NCBI GenBank assembly: GCA_951406725.2
Contig: OX597814.1
Location: 36,704,001 to 36,768,000, forward strand
Reading direction: 5' to 3'
DNA length: 64,000 bases
Source: Octopus vulgaris
Lineage: Eukaryota
Part shown: in pieces, positions 41,472-56,631 of the stretch
Numbering within the stretch: position 1 is the first letter of the stretch
Layout of the letters: each line of letters starts with the position of its first letter
Translations under genes and position numbers: made by a program
The notes under the pieces: model-generated
What the model saw: only the letters and a program-made list of their open reading frames with translations
Databases searched by the model: none
What the model was told of the DNA's origin: nothing

Positions 41472-41760
41472 GACATATGCAAATATGTATACGTATATAC
41501 ATGTATATGTATAAAGAGATGTATTCACACACCCAGGTGGTTTGGGGAATTTGTGTATGTGTGGGGTGGGTGGGGTGCTTTATGAGTTGAGAAATGAAGA
41601 GACGGAATACTGATTTGATCCGCTCTTCCACAGAGAGACAAGAAAAGCTGAGCTAATCTTTGTTTGAATATTTTAGATTCTAATTCAATAAAAAAATGAA
41701 CTTTATATATATATATATATATATATACGCACATACATGCTGACATATATACAGATATAC

Positions 41761-41888
<128 letters not shown>

Positions 41889-41930
41889 TATAGATATATT
41901 TATCTATATCTATATCTATCTATATATATA

Positions 41931-44929
41931 AATTATTGAATATGGATTATATTAATTGAGAAGCGAGTCACGGTTTTAAGAATTTCTTCCTAATATTATT
42001 CTACGGGTGCTGGATACTTTTGTATTCCTGTGGTTCTTCATATTATTTTAAGATGTCTATTATGTTATTGTCTAGCTTCTGGTCAGACACGATTCAGCAG
42101 ACCTCTGACTTAAGGCGTTGGTGTGTCTGCAGCAGCGTGGCTATCCTCCGCGGCAAAACCATCGTAGGCATTACCGAAGAGCGTTACTGAACACACCCTC
42201 ACCTCCATTTTCTGCCGCTATATCTCCACATTTTTTCATTCTTTTCCTTTATTAAAAATCTTTGTTTTCTTCAGTTTCTTTTTATCTAGATATTATAATT
42301 TAAGATGTAATATGCTGTGTAATGGACAGTAGAAACAAAAAATGGTACGGTTTAAATTCTTAACTATTTCGACTAGTTCCGACGTATCGCCTACCTAGAA
42401 CTACATTATCCAAAGAGTCCTACCACCGTTATGATAACGATGAGTTTGAATGCAATCTCGGTATTGTCCTTGCGGCTGCATCTTTATCTGGATGCGTATG
42501 TCAAACTAGATTTAATATGTACTTATACTGTCATTATATTAAATGATATAGTCTACAATGCACAATGCACCACAAAGGAAAGATGAGATGACCCCAGGTT
42601 AAATTTTCTTTAGTATAATTCTGTTTGTCAGCGTTTGACAGACAGCTATGGGATAACAAATACTCTTGAAGCAAAGAAAATCAGCTGCTTTATATAGAAT
42701 ACAGTATATTTTTACTTCAATATATAAGGATATTATTTGAAATAGAACAAAAGATGTATCCCTCACCAGCTATGTCAATATCCCGGTGACTTGTTCAGTG
42801 CTAGCATCAAACTGAGAACAAAGATCCAAATCAAAATGTCTCTAATTGATCAATCGACTTATTGCAAAAAATAAAAAAAACAAAAACAAATATTCTCAAT
42901 CGTATTCCTACCAAATTAAAAAAAAGAAGGAAGGCGGCCAAACTGGAAAATGTCGTTCTAAGTATTATATTTCAAAAATATGGTACATTGTCATAACTAT
43001 AAATCATCAGATCTCTAGATCTCCTGAAATAGGATACGATTGGTGGGAAGCAGATAGCAGCGGCAACAAACAAAAGGAATGCAACATATGTTTAAGAAAG
43101 TAACGAAAATCTTTTATTTCAGAGTTACAATACAAAAATATAAAAGAATTTTACAATGTTCTAACACACAGGCACACACACACACATACACACACACAAA
43201 CGCATACTACACACACACATACACACATATATATAGAATAGACCAATTTAAACACGAGATACTACCTTTAACAGGTAATTTTACACGCTAGAAGAAGCAG
43301 TCAAAACGACCAAAACCACATTTAGAGCAATTTCGAAGAGAATGAAAAATAAAAACTTTCACCTTGATATTTTTTTACGGTTATACATAGATTTCGAATT
43401 CTTTTAGCAAATAAAATAATTTGCTAGGCGAAATTCTCGTCAGAAACCGCGCCATGACATTAACATATAATTTAGAGACAAATAACACGTATATCATCAT
43501 TATATGTTATAACTTTTCAAATTCACCGCACAAGCGCTGTTTCAGTCGGAAGTAAAGGAAAAATACCGAACTGATCTACGAAATGCTAAAATCATATATA
43601 TTTTTTTACTTGTTTCAGTCATTTCACAGCGGCCATGCTGGAGCACCGCCTTTAGTCGAGCAAATCGACCCCAGAATTTATTCTTTGTAAGCCGAACCGC
43701 TAAGTTATGGGGACGTAAACACACCATCATCGGTCGTCAAGCGATATTGGTGGGACAAACACAGACACACAAACTTATGCATACACACACACATACATAT
43801 ATATACATATATATATATATACATACATGCCAGGTTTCTTTCAGTTTCCGTCTACCAAATCCATTCACAAGGCTTTGGTCGGCCCAAGGCTATAGTAGAA
43901 GACACTTGCCCTAGGTGCCATGCAATGGGACTGAGCCCAGAACCATGTGGTTGTTCGTAAGCAGGCTACTTACCACACAGCCGCTCCTACGTAAAATATG
44001 TAGAGTAGCGAATATTTTTAGAAATTTCAACACTGAACAAGTCACCAGAATATTGACGTAGTTGGTGAGGGAAACTTCTTTTGTTCTTTTTCAAATAATA
44101 TACTTATTTATTGAAGTAAAAATATAATGTATTCTATATGAAGCAGCTGATTTCCTTTGCTTCAAGAGTATTTGTTATCCCATAGCTGTCTGTCAAACGC
44201 TGACAAACAGAATTATACTAAAAAATTATTTAACCTGGGGGTCATCTCATCTTTCCTTTGTGGAGCATTGTGTATTTTAGACTGTATCATATAATATGAC
44301 AATATAAGTACATATTAAATCTAGTTTGACATACACGTCCAGATGAAGATACGGCTGCGAGGTTATTTAACTTGGTAGGTATAATACTGAGATTGCATTC
44401 AAACTCACTGTATCGTTATGATAACGGTGGCAGGATTCTTTGGATAATGTAGTCCAAGACAGGCGATACATTGGAACTAGTCAAAATAGTTAAGAATTTA
44501 AACTGTACCAATTTTTCTTTTATTTCTACTGTCCATTACACAACAAGTCACATCTTAAATTATAACATCTAGATAAAAAGAAACTGAAGAAAATAAAGAT
44601 ACAAAAGGAAAAGAATGACATAGTGGAGTTATAGCGGCAGAAAATGGAGATGAGGATGTGTTCAGTAACGTTCTTCGGTAGTGTCTACGATGGCGTTGCC
44701 GCGGAGGATGGCCAGTGACTCACGCTGCTGCAGACACACCAACGCCTTAAGTCAGAGGCCTACTGAATCGTGTCTGATCAGAAGCTAGACGATAACATAA
44801 AAGACATCTTAAAATAATATGAAGAACCACAGGAATACAAAAGTATCCAGCGCCCGTAGAATAATATTAGAAAGGAATTCTCAAAAGCGTGACTCGCTTC
44901 TCAATTGATATAATCCATTTTCAATAATT
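41931..44929. repeat. Long inverted repeat: arms 41931-42800 and 44031-44929, 1.23-kb spacer
   Basis: Arms are reverse complements along their length with scattered substitutions and indels (e.g. gacttaaggcgttggtgtgtctgcagcagcgtg vs cacgctgctgcagacacaccaacgccttaagtc). Confidence 0.93.
43601..43989 (-). mobile_element. SINE family 1, full length, in the spacer of the inverted repeat
   Basis: Reverse-complement homology to the 9147 and 45383 copies. Confidence 0.85.
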
Positions 44930-45382
44930 CTTTTATTGTATAGTCCAAATGATGAATCCACTTTATCAGCAGTATACCTCCACACTGCCTTCAGGTATCT
45001 CACAGTACTTTGATATTTCACTGATATCATCAGTTTTAACGACAGCGTTGATATTTGGTGCCAAAGGAGGCAACTCGCGAAGAATTAAACACTGCAAGGT
45101 ATGTCAGTCGAGGTAAATGTATAAGTATATATATGTATGTATTATTCATTAGTATTATACCAATACTATGGCACTGCCTCGGAGAATTTTAGTCCAATGA
45201 ACGGACGCTAGTACTTATTTCTTGTAAAGCACGGAACTTATTCTGTTTGTCGCTTATGTCGGTCAGCTAAGATACGGGAACGTAAACACACTCACACCGG
45301 TCGTCTAGCGGCGGTGGGGGAGAAACAGATATAGAAATTCGCACGCGCTTACACACATACACTATCTCTCTCTATCTTTATA

Positions 45383-45530
45383 TGAGTGGCTGTGTGGTAA
45401 GTAGCTTGCTTACGAACCACATGGTGGCACCTTCGGCAAGTGTCTTCTACTATACCCTCGGGCCGCCCAAAGCCTTGTGAGTGGATTTGGTAGACGAAAA
45501 CTGAAAGAAGCCCGTCGTATATTTGTATGT

Positions 45531-45580
<50 letters not shown>

Positions 45581-45835
45581 CTGTGTATGTATGTATGTAT
45601 GTATGTATGTATGTATGTGTGTGTGTATGTGTGTGTATATGTTTGTGTCTGTGTTTGTCCCCCCAACATCGCTTGACAACCGATGCTGGTGTGTTTACGC
45701 ACCCGTAACTTAGCCGTTCGGCAAAAGGGACCGATATAATAAGTACTAGGCATCCAAAGAATATATCCTGGGGTCGATTTGTTCGACTAAAGGCGGTGCT
45801 CCAGCATGGCCACAGTCAAATGACTGAAACAAATA
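45383..45835 (+). mobile_element. SINE family 1
   Basis: tggctgtgtggtaagtagcttgct head, internal TA/TG repeat, conserved tail. Confidence 0.85.
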
Positions 45836-46042
45836 ATATATATATATACATTATGCATGCACATTTACGTGTGTGAGTGTGTGCCCGCATGTGTACATAT
45901 CTATAGATGCGTTTGGTCTCATGTGTATTTGTCAAAATATATGAAGGATATCAGCACGGTTTTATATGTGAAATATTGAAATATTTCATTCCGAATGACT
46001 TGATCAACTGATCCTTTGACAAAAACAATATTCGATTCTTCT

Positions 46043-46455
46043 AAGGCGGTGAGCTGGCAGAAACGTTAGCACGCCGGGCGGAATAGTTAGCAGTATTTCG
46101 TCTGCCGCTACGTTCTGAGTTCAAATTCCGCCGAGGTCGACTTTGCCTTTCATCCTTTTGGGGTCAATTAAATAAGTACCAGTTACGCACTGCGGTCGAT
46201 ATAATCGACTTAACCCGTTTGTCTGTCCTTGTTTGTCTCCTCTGTGTGTAGCACCTTGTGGGCAATAAAGTAATAGGTATTTCGTCTGCCGTTACGTTCT
46301 GAGTTCAAATTCCGCCGAGGTCGATATTGTTTTTCTTCTTTTCGAGGTTGATTAAATAAGGTCCAGTTACGCAGTTATGTAATCGACTTAATCCCTTTGT
46401 CTGTCCTTGCTTGTCCCCTGTATGTTTAACCCCCATTTGGCAATTAAAAAATAAA
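46043..46455 (+). mobile_element. SINE family 2, full copy followed by a tandem 5'-truncated copy
   Basis: About 46093-46273 is repeated at about 46277-46453. Confidence 0.85.
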
Positions 46456-49400
46456 TATTATATTCATCTAAACTGAAGCAGATTTATCCGTTCACATGCG
46501 CGGTCTTCTAACCCTCTCGGCATCTGATTATAGTTTTCTTAAGAACAGTTTCTCAGCTGCTTATTGTTTATTTTTTCACATTATACCATCATTCCATTTA
46601 TATGTTTCGAAGTCCTACGTCAACCTTGCATGCTTGGTTTTCCAACCAACACATCCTACTACACACCAATTACTTTATTCCTTCCCCATTTACTTACCTG
46701 CAATGTGACAACTTCTCTCAATGATAAATTGTAAAAGAATTATCGAAATTTCCTATGCAAGAAAACACTAGTCAAAACGTCCACGCAGTGGGATCAAACT
46801 TCGTCGGCTTTTGTCCTATTCTTTGGTCTTAGTTGACGATATAGATGAATTTCAAAACCGTTCGCAACACTGATTTACTTGGCTGTAATAAGCAACATGA
46901 AAAAGAAAACAAACAAGTCCATTAGATATGTAATCTTTTCCTTCATAAACAAAAAAAAAACAAAACAAACAAACTGATGTTTCAATGCTTTGTTTTCCCA
47001 TTGTTTAATCACAGAGAATCGCCGCTCCACATTGGTACTGCATTTCATCCGTCAGTGAAACTAAGGGAATGTGATGATGTGGGGCCTAGTGTTTAAAGTG
47101 TTCGGTTCCGGGCTGTGAAGTTGTGGATTCACCTACAGGACCTGGCAACAGGCTCAGTACATGTTTACGTTTCTCAAGTCTACTCCACTGTCATGCGTAT
47201 CAGCCCCATATTGATGCAGGCCTTCATCTCTACATGTCACATCCACAATGTTCCACTAGGGCCAAGGTTGTATGGGCCAAGAATCTGACTAGTCTACTCC
47301 CGAGTACGTAGGTACCTGACACAGTTAGTGGAAGTACGGCCCACAATACTAAATCATGTTCACTTACAGTTGAAGACTGTTTGCGTTTTAAAAATAAAGG
47401 AATTTATATCTGCTGAACGAGCTAGAAATACTCACTATATCTCCTTTGAAGAACATCCTGCTCTCCGATAGCTTTAAAAAATGTGGTCCTACATTCACTG
47501 CAACCAAATAATCAAAACAGAAAATAAACTGTTATAGCCAGAACATTTTCAATCGTAGGTCTGCTCGATCCGTGTTAATTGGAAATATACTGTAAGAACG
47601 TCTAATCTATGTTTTCTATCTATAACATGAGTTCGACGTAAATTCCATTCCTGTCATCAATAATCTGAGGAGGCCATATAATAAGAAAGCTGTATAAATC
47701 AATTCAGACACATAAACAGTTTTTTCAGTGATTTCCATTCTCTGAACTTTTTAATCACTGCTCAACCAATGTCTAACACCTGACAACACCAATTTGTAAA
47801 AATTCAATGCATATTCATTCTCTTTTTTTAAAATGTTTATGTAGACCAAACTAATGTCTCCGCATAATACACAGGAAGACGATTATCATAGTAATTATTT
47901 CACCATTGATTTCTTTTTTGTGGTTTCAGCCCTTGAATTGCATCTATGGTAGGCCATCGCCTTCAAGGCTTTTTAGTCAATTACCTAACGATCATAGTCT
48001 GCTATTGATCGCTTTTATCGAAAGATAAACTTAACGTTTTTGTAAAAAACAACAACAACTTAGCAATAGATATCTATTGTGCTAATCACTAGCACACATA
48101 AAATTGCACACACTGATACTGATGATTGTTATGAGAATAACCCATCTATTTGCTAAATGAGTGGGTATAAAACTGTCCGACTTTTGCGTTATCTGTAGTA
48201 ATCTCAGCTAAGAAAATATTACATAGACTCCTCTGTAATATATAAACACACACACACATACACATACATGAATCAGGTCTTTTCACGGTTTCTACTTTTC
48301 AAATTAGATTCAAAGTAGTGTTCAATCCGAATTTATATAAAGTGTTCCTAGATGCCATGTTGTGAAATTAAGCCCAAAACAACATGAAAGCGAAGCGAAC
48401 TTCTTCATCACGCTACGATTCATGTTAACTAATTCCACATAATTATAGCAGAAATATATCCCTATCTCTAATGTTGAAGTCCTTCAAGCGGTTGCTTTGT
48501 ATGGAATATCGGCCTGACTAATTAGGGTTCAATTGCAATGTCAGAAAGGCACCAAAATTAAAATTTGAAGTACAATAATTAGCAGTTGGTAATATTTACA
48601 GCAACTTTTTAAAATTAAGTCGAATGCACTAGGATATTCTAATACGTTTTCCTAAGCCTGTCTATTTCATTTAACATTCATAATCAATTTACACTACCAC
48701 ATAGCGTAGTATACACTTAACAATAAAATCATATCCATTTCCACAAGTAGTATAGTATTTAAATATCTGACATATCTCCTATCGTGGCTCATCAAAATCT
48801 TTCATTAATCCTTTTGTAAGGGCAATATACTAAATTTGATCTAACAGTCTCTTCTTCTAAATTTGAGTCATTTTCTTTTTTCTTTTTCCTTTTGCAAAGC
48901 AACTGTAAAAAGAAATTCGATAAATTTCTTGTAATATTGCAAGGGTAGGATGACTAAATTATGAACGTTTCCTTCACATTTGTCATTTTTGTTTCAAATT
49001 ATATGCATATATTTATTTGCTTATTACGAAATCATATTAGCAACATTTTACACCATGTATATTTGTTGATGGATATTCCCTTGCGAATGCAGTCAGCAAA
49101 TCACATCTAGTTTTAACTGAAAATTGAAATAACTATCTGCTTAAATTTTTTTTCATAATCATATAGTTTCAAGTTCGATGCCATATTGAGCCAGTTCAGC
49201 ATTACAAATAATGCAGCACCGATAAAAGGCATGCCCATTAAATGAACTGTAGTGAATCAGTTGTAATTTGTCTGCCATTTCCACACCAGTCTTGTTTGAG
49301 ATCCGTAGAAATTATACTTTAAAAGTGATATAGTTGGTGTGTCATTATGTTGTTTCTAAGTGTTCTAGTTATTCATATAACTCAGATCTATCCGGATACA

Positions 49401-49572
49401 ATAGATGCAACATATGCTTCTAAAGAAAGTAATCATTAACTACCCACAACACAGATAAGTGATTGACGTAAACACACCAGCATCGGTTGTCTTGAAATTG
49501 CTAGGGGAACAAACACAGACACACATACATACACACATCTGATTTATATATAATATGTAATGAATCAATATG

Positions 49573-49789
49573 CAGTAATCCCTCAACAATCGTGGGTGTT
49601 ACGTTCCCAAAACTCCATGATAGGTAGAAATCCGCGAAGTAGAAGCAGCACTGTATATATTTTAAAATTATTTTTATAATTTGCATATATGTATTTTATT
49701 ATGAATGGAAAACAACACAGCGTAGGAATCGACGTAAGGTTAAATAATAAACCGTGATAGGTGAACTGTGACACGGCGAGGAATTACTG
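49573..49789. mobile_element. Tigger/pogo-like MITE (217 bp)
   Basis: TIRs CAGTAATCCCTC / GAGGAATTACTG (11 of 12 match); TA on the right flank, TG on the left. Confidence 0.7.
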
Positions 49790-50604
49790 TATATAAATCT
49801 ACTTAAAACTGAACACATCCACACTGAAAACGCTGTTAATCTTAACAGTGGTGTTACATAAATTCTTGCTTCGCTAGAATTCACTACAGAATTTGCATAT
49901 TTGTGTGAATTTGAGCTACAGTCGAAACTTTGAATTTAGAAAGAGTAACATACAAACGGAATGGGAGTGAGAAATAAAGAAAGAGAGAGGGAGACAGGGA
50001 TAGAGAAGTTGTACCATAACTATTATCATGATGGTGATGTTTGTGATGAGTTTGATGCTGATCTTGGTGACAGTTAAGTATTGTAATTAACCTCTACGTG
50101 ATGAATTATACATATGCTTATTATTTTCCTTTCGAAATGGTGGTGAATATCAGGCACAGTAAAGGGTTGGACTAAATAATATGTAGTTTAGATAACTCTC
50201 TTGAAATTTTGAATTGAAAATCTGGGTAGGTACATTTTGCTTTCCATTACCCATCCCACGTGATCGATAACAGATATTCAAGTTGATAAATGAAGTACTC
50301 TGATATGTATCATCGATTATACCCTAGAATTATTATTGTAACCTAGAAAAAAAATCAAGTAATCACAGTACCAATAATGCAAATTAGATCCTTACAGAAA
50401 ATGCTTACTTTGCCTAATTATGTCCAACAGGGTGTTACTATAGATGCGTTATTACACACGATTATGGAAGTGCATATCTTATAATGTTTTAATATACAGA
50501 GTTATACACACAAGCGTAGAAACACAAACACAAATACACACATATGTGCATGTGTTTATATGTATATATATACATACATACGTACACACACAGACACAGA
50601 CACA

Positions 50605-50642
<38 letters not shown>

Positions 50643-51164
50643 CATATATATATGTACGTATGTATACACAAACACACATAATTTTATGCGTGTATATATG
50701 TATAATAATTTGTGTATTTGTGTGATGAGTGCTCTCTGTGTCAATTTATTGTGTGATTTTTGCATTTATCTATTCAAGGCATATTTTTGGAATTATCTTC
50801 CTTTTATTTAGCCGTTAAGTTACGAAAGAACTGGTATTTACAAAACATAATCTGCTTCAGAAGTATCTATATAGATATTGATAACAATAACTTTAATTTT
50901 TTTTTTTTTGCATAGGACAATAGGCAGATCATTCAGAGCCAACGCATCAATATACAAATCTACCCTAAAGAATATTCCAGTAATATCCATCTGCATGGAT
51001 AGATTTCAAGAATGATATCAACAACAACAGTAGTAACAATATTAATAAAACAACAACAACAACAACAATAACAGTAATGATCAAATGTAAAAGAAAAAAA
51101 TAACGCATTTAGATCATTATTTTGCTAAGCAAAATATGGAATCATAGAAGTGTGGTTGTATGAG

Positions 51165-51199
<35 letters not shown>

Positions 51200-51310
51200 C
51201 ATCATTATTATTATTATCATTAATTTTTTCGTCTTTGAGTCTCTATTGTTACTGTTCTTCTGCATAGACAAGTTAAGGAAGAGAAAAGCAAAAATAAATA
51301 AAAAATCAGA

Positions 51311-51350
<40 letters not shown>

Positions 51351-51704
51351 TACATACACACACACATATATATATGCATACATATATACATACATATATA
51401 TATATATATATGAGTGTGTGTGTGTGTGTGTAATTTTTATTTACCATTAATGCTGTAGTATAAATATAACAAAGGCAATATCAAATTCATGTTCACATTA
51501 AACCGTAAAAAATAATTTGTTTATATCCACTATTCTGAACGTATGCCATTATGATACGTGCATATAAGCGTGCGTTTATATGTTGTATAAATTTGTGTGA
51601 TCATGTGTTTATTTATGACTGAACATATCTTTGAACATATGTGTATACGTACAATGATTCATACACATAACTCATGCATATATATATACGTACATACATA
51701 CCTA

Positions 51705-51760
<56 letters not shown>

Positions 51761-53689
51761 TGCATATAGAATTATACAAAGATACATTCATATGCGTGTG
51801 TCTGTATGTGTGTGTGTGTGTACATGATCACATAAAAGTTCATATATCTCGATTTGCTTGTTCTTTACATTTCACATATCTAATTTTCAAAGAATTCCAT
51901 TTCGGTAATGCATGAAACCTTTATCCACAGTAATAAAATGACCACCGCAAACTATTAAGTTAGACAGTAATAAGCTTGTAGACTAGTTGTTAACTAGCAA
52001 CTATTTTAGGTAATTCTGACTTATTATGATTTGATTTGATTAATTGAATCAGCTTGAGACGAAATTTTATCCATTCTGAAATTATGGAACATATATATAA
52101 AATCAATTTTTCTATTGCTGGAATTAAAGACCTCGAATTATGTAAAATTAAAAATCTGCTTCACTAACGTGTAATCTAATCATTGTCACTGATAGAGAAG
52201 TAACGTTTTTCGCAAATGGTACCATTTCTTTTTAACAGACTACGGAAGCAGAAAAAAATTGAATGAGTCGTCTTTTAATATAAGCTAACATATTAATATA
52301 CACCAGAGCAGCGCAGCCTAATTCACAATATCAGCTTACGGCCAGATGTTTCAATTCATTAGATTTATGGAATAATTTTGTTTCCATGTCAACAGGAGCG
52401 TAACATATTTTTCTCGTTCCCAAAATATTTCTTAAATTTGTAAAGGCCATATACGCACACACACACGTACGCATGTACACTCATCTGCATACATTCACGC
52501 ACACTCTAAGATGCTTACACCAATACACATATATAATTGCGCCAAATATAAAATGGCACCGGCCAACAGACCTGGCATATGGGGAAAATATAATTGTGAA
52601 AACTAAGTTATCCAACATATACCTGAATATTCAATTATAGTAGAAGTGCAAATATGTAGTTACAGCAGACGCGTTTTGTATTTTAAAACACTCCCGTAAA
52701 ATGCTGTACAATCCCTGTCCCGCCTACGGAGCTCCTTTGTGGTGACATGCCCTGTTAGAGATATGAACAATAATACCTTTCACAATAAAGGACACACACG
52801 TTGGAGAGAGTTGTCTTAGATACATTATATGAAACATCATTAATCAAACGACAGCTCGATTATTGAAAGTAATGATGTCTAGCTTCGGTCCAAATCAACA
52901 GATTGGTAGAGGAGTAGTAGTGTGTAACAATCTCTAGTATATTATAAGTACTTATTTTCCCCCAGACAACATTTTGCGATTTAAAATGTGAAAGGTGGGA
53001 AGATTAATTTCAAAATGTGATCGCAAGGAGAATTAAATACTGAAATAAATTCAGTCCAGTGCTATAGAGAATCTGATACACAATCACCCTAATAACGTTG
53101 GGTCTATGCAGGACCAAATGACCTGCTGTAAGCGTTAAGCAAACCTCTTAAAATATATATTGCTCTAAAATTGTGAGAGACATCATATGATATAGTTCTA
53201 GTTATATAATGCATCAAAACCGACGTTTGGGAAAGGTCTATCAAAAGACTATTCAGTGAAAAATGCTCTCATGCTAAACAGCAAAAAAAAAAAGAAAAAA
53301 ACCCCCAGCATGGTAGATAATGAATTATGTTGGCATAGGGTTACTGGAAAGTTAGAAGGAAACAATGCGTAAGTTCTTAAAACATTAAATCATTTTCAGA
53401 AGCAAGATTTGTAAAAGTGTAAGTGTAACCATTTACAAAATATACAGAATAAGAGTGGTAAGTAAATAACCTAGGAGCGCAAATGTTACCATACGTTTGT
53501 GTAAAGATAGATCTTCAGCTAACAAGTGGAACTAAATATAAAACTTTCGACACATGTCAAGCGAGTCCCAATCGCTCAATGTTTAATAAAATGGCTTGAG
53601 TATAGGACTATACCTTCTATCTTTTCAAGTTATTCCTGTAAAAACGAAGATACTGAGGTTTCATAGTAATATATAAACATTACTTTCCA

Positions 53690-55035
53690 GTGCATGAATT
53701 GATTGTAAAAAAAGCGTTTGACAGCCTTCCGCATTGTGGAATTAGGAAATCCTTGGAAATTTATAAATACCCTCCGGTTATTAGTAATTTTCTATCAAAT
53801 AATATGAAGCACAAGAAGACAGTTATAACATCGAATTTTATGAACTCTGGTGACATTTCCACAAACAATGTATGTAAACGTTTTCATATAAATAATTTAT
53901 ATAAGCTTTTGTATACAAATAATCTATATAAGCATTTATATTAAAAAATGTCTTTGCATGGCTTTCATTCTCCTAATTAAGCTGCTAAATGACACCATAT
54001 ATGGATACACGATACACAGCTGATAAAACAATCGCCCCCTTACTTAAAGAAAACTCTCGGAAATCTGATCTAAGTAAATACGGAAAGAATGCTATTGTAT
54101 ATTTAGGGATGTGCGTTTTTAACACTAAAAAATTGTCCGCCAATGCGATAAATAATATTGAAACAGCAATTACATAAGTTTCTCACGTTACGCTACACAC
54201 ATTACAAAAAAAGGCAAATGTAAACACACTAAACATCCCTCGAAAGGATGGAGGACGTGAACTTATGCAGCTGCAAGTGTCACCAAAGACAGAAACCAAA
54301 GGATTAGACATTAAATTATAAATACCATACAGGGGTCTGTGATTCTAATGTCGATACAAATCTGAGATAACTGGATGTGTATCTTAAACCAAAATGGAGA
54401 GCTTCAAGATCAGTGTCTTCCCACAAGAAATTATCAAGCCAGCATTCTTAAAAACGGTGCTGATCATTCTAGTTGCTTTTGTACTACAACCAGAGAAATA
54501 ATTGAGCAACTCATCTTTGGCTGCTGTTTGTTTGCCTCAACTGCGTATGCTAATCGGCATGAAAGACATCTTCAGTATTTGAGTTGGATCATATGCCGTA
54601 AATTTGAACTCTCATGTGAGAAAAAATTGATAGGAACATAAGACTATCAATGTAGTAGAAAATATATATATTATCCTTCTTAGGGATTTTATTATGTATA
54701 ATGATCGAGCTATCCAGAAACATAGATCAGATGTTGTAGTGAAAGATCATGCTGACAAAACGTTTGCTCATACATATATCCACCCCAGCGGATTGCAAGA
54801 TAACTGAATACTTTAAAAAACTAAATACAAATCTAATGAAACCGAGGTCACGAAAATGTGGTTCCTAAAAATCAAAACTGTACCTGTGGTGATAGAAGTT
54901 TCGTGGGTATTATCAAATGTGGTTCTTAAATTCTTCGATGAAATACCAGAAGACCTGGAAAATTAAGAGAACCCTAGAAAGTTGTTCTCATGAGTACAAA
55001 TGTCATCATACGAAAAAATACTGTCAACCTGAGAA
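53690..55035 (+). mobile_element. Older, divergent REL-type LINE relic
   Basis: KKAFDSLPH, QDQCLPTRNYQ, decayed CCHC region and YANRHE; heavily frameshifted. Confidence 0.7.
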
Positions 55036-55264
55036 TATGTGAATATTTTGACATCTTACTAAATCGCAAAAATTACAAAAAATACTATTCTTAATATTTG
55101 GTCTTCTCTCTCTGAAATATCATTACTAAACATACAGAAAATCTGCAGTAAATTGTCTAACATGCTGTTAATACAGGTCACTCGTTGAGACTTGGGAGAG
55201 CTCGAATATAACAAATGAATGACAACGAAAACATAATGATAATAATGATAATGATAATAATAAT

Positions 55265-55338
<74 letters not shown>

Positions 55339-55372
55339 TGATGATGATGATGATGATGATGAAGGTAATTAT

Positions 55373-56132
55373 ATGACTGAAAGTAAAGGGTGAGAGATTT
55401 TTAATTGCAGCACAAAGCCTTCCCACCAGAAATCCCTAAAAACAAGCATGTAATGAAATAAAATACAAGTAACTGCAGAATATGTGGAGATAGGGAAGAA
55501 GCGATAAATAATATTGTCGCTGTCTGCCCAGTCCTGGCTAAGGAGGAATATATTTACAGACATGAGAGAGGTAAGACCTATATACACTGGAGTCTATGCC
55601 AACTCTATGGTATCACAGCAGATAAAAAAAGATGGTATAGGCACACGCCAGAAAAGGTCATAGAAAATTAGAAAGCAACCATACTCTGGGATTGCCAATA
55701 CACATAGATATAGAAATTAAGGGAAATGCGCCGGGCATAGTTGCCATATATCATCGAGGAAAAATACTTTCTAATCGACATATCAATACCAACAGATTAC
55801 AATGTTTCTCTAAAAGAAACAGAAACTTTCAAAATACAAAGACCTGGAAATAGAGGTAACCCGAATGTGGATCCTGAAAACAGGTGCAATTACTATCATA
55901 GTAGGTGCATTAGGTATGATAAAAAATATTCAGACAAATACGTAACAAAAACACCAGGACTTACATAACATACAGAAAACAGCACTAATTGGCACCGCGC
56001 ACAGTCTAAATAAAACACTTTCAAAACAGTGAAAATAAGAGCTCTACACCGAAGCGCAGCATGTACCCAAGGCACATAAATCAGCGCTCGTTAGTGTAGT
56101 GAATACATGTGTTAAAATTAAAACGACTGAAT
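55373..56132 (+). mobile_element. R4/Dong-like LINE 3' portion (CCHC + REL domain) adjoining (TAA)n
   Basis: Reverse-complement homology to about 61070-61850; preceded by (TAA/TGA)n at 55232-55362. Confidence 0.88.
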
Positions 56133-56221
56133 AATAAAAATAATATTAATAACATCAGACTATTCATATCGTCATTGGGATTGAAATTACCTAGGAAGAG
56201 TCTACCGGTGTTACTTTCCTG

Positions 56222-56406
56222 TTAGTGCCGAGCGAAATGCTTTGCGGTATTTCGTCTGTCACCGAGGTCGACTTTGCTTTTCATCCTTTCGAGATTGATG
56301 AATTAAATAACCAGCTGCATACTGGGGTCGATCTAATCGACTTAATCCGTGTGTCTGTCCTTGTTTGTCCTCTCTATGTTTAGCCCCTTGCGGGTAGTAA
56401 AGAAAT
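56222..56406 (+). mobile_element. SINE family 2 fragment (another at about 60707-60890)
   Basis: Matches parts of 46063-46275. Confidence 0.75.
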
Positions 56407-56591
56407 ACGTTTCACCACATATACTCGCTGCGTCACAGCAGAGTGGACTCCAGTACAAATTCAAAGGGCTGATAATTAAACTAATTTTGTTTATGGTTGA
56501 ACCAAACATGTCCACTGCATATGATAAAAAGAATCGAATCTCTAATAGAAATATTACTGTCATTTACCTGAAGATATGCTATGAAAAATGT

Positions 56592-56631
<40 letters not shown>

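Noticed and set aside
45046-45098. 53-bp AG/GT-bounded segment reading LIFGAKGGNSRRIKHCK (vaguely KH-like)
   Set aside because: Too short, weak polypyrimidine tract and no partner exons
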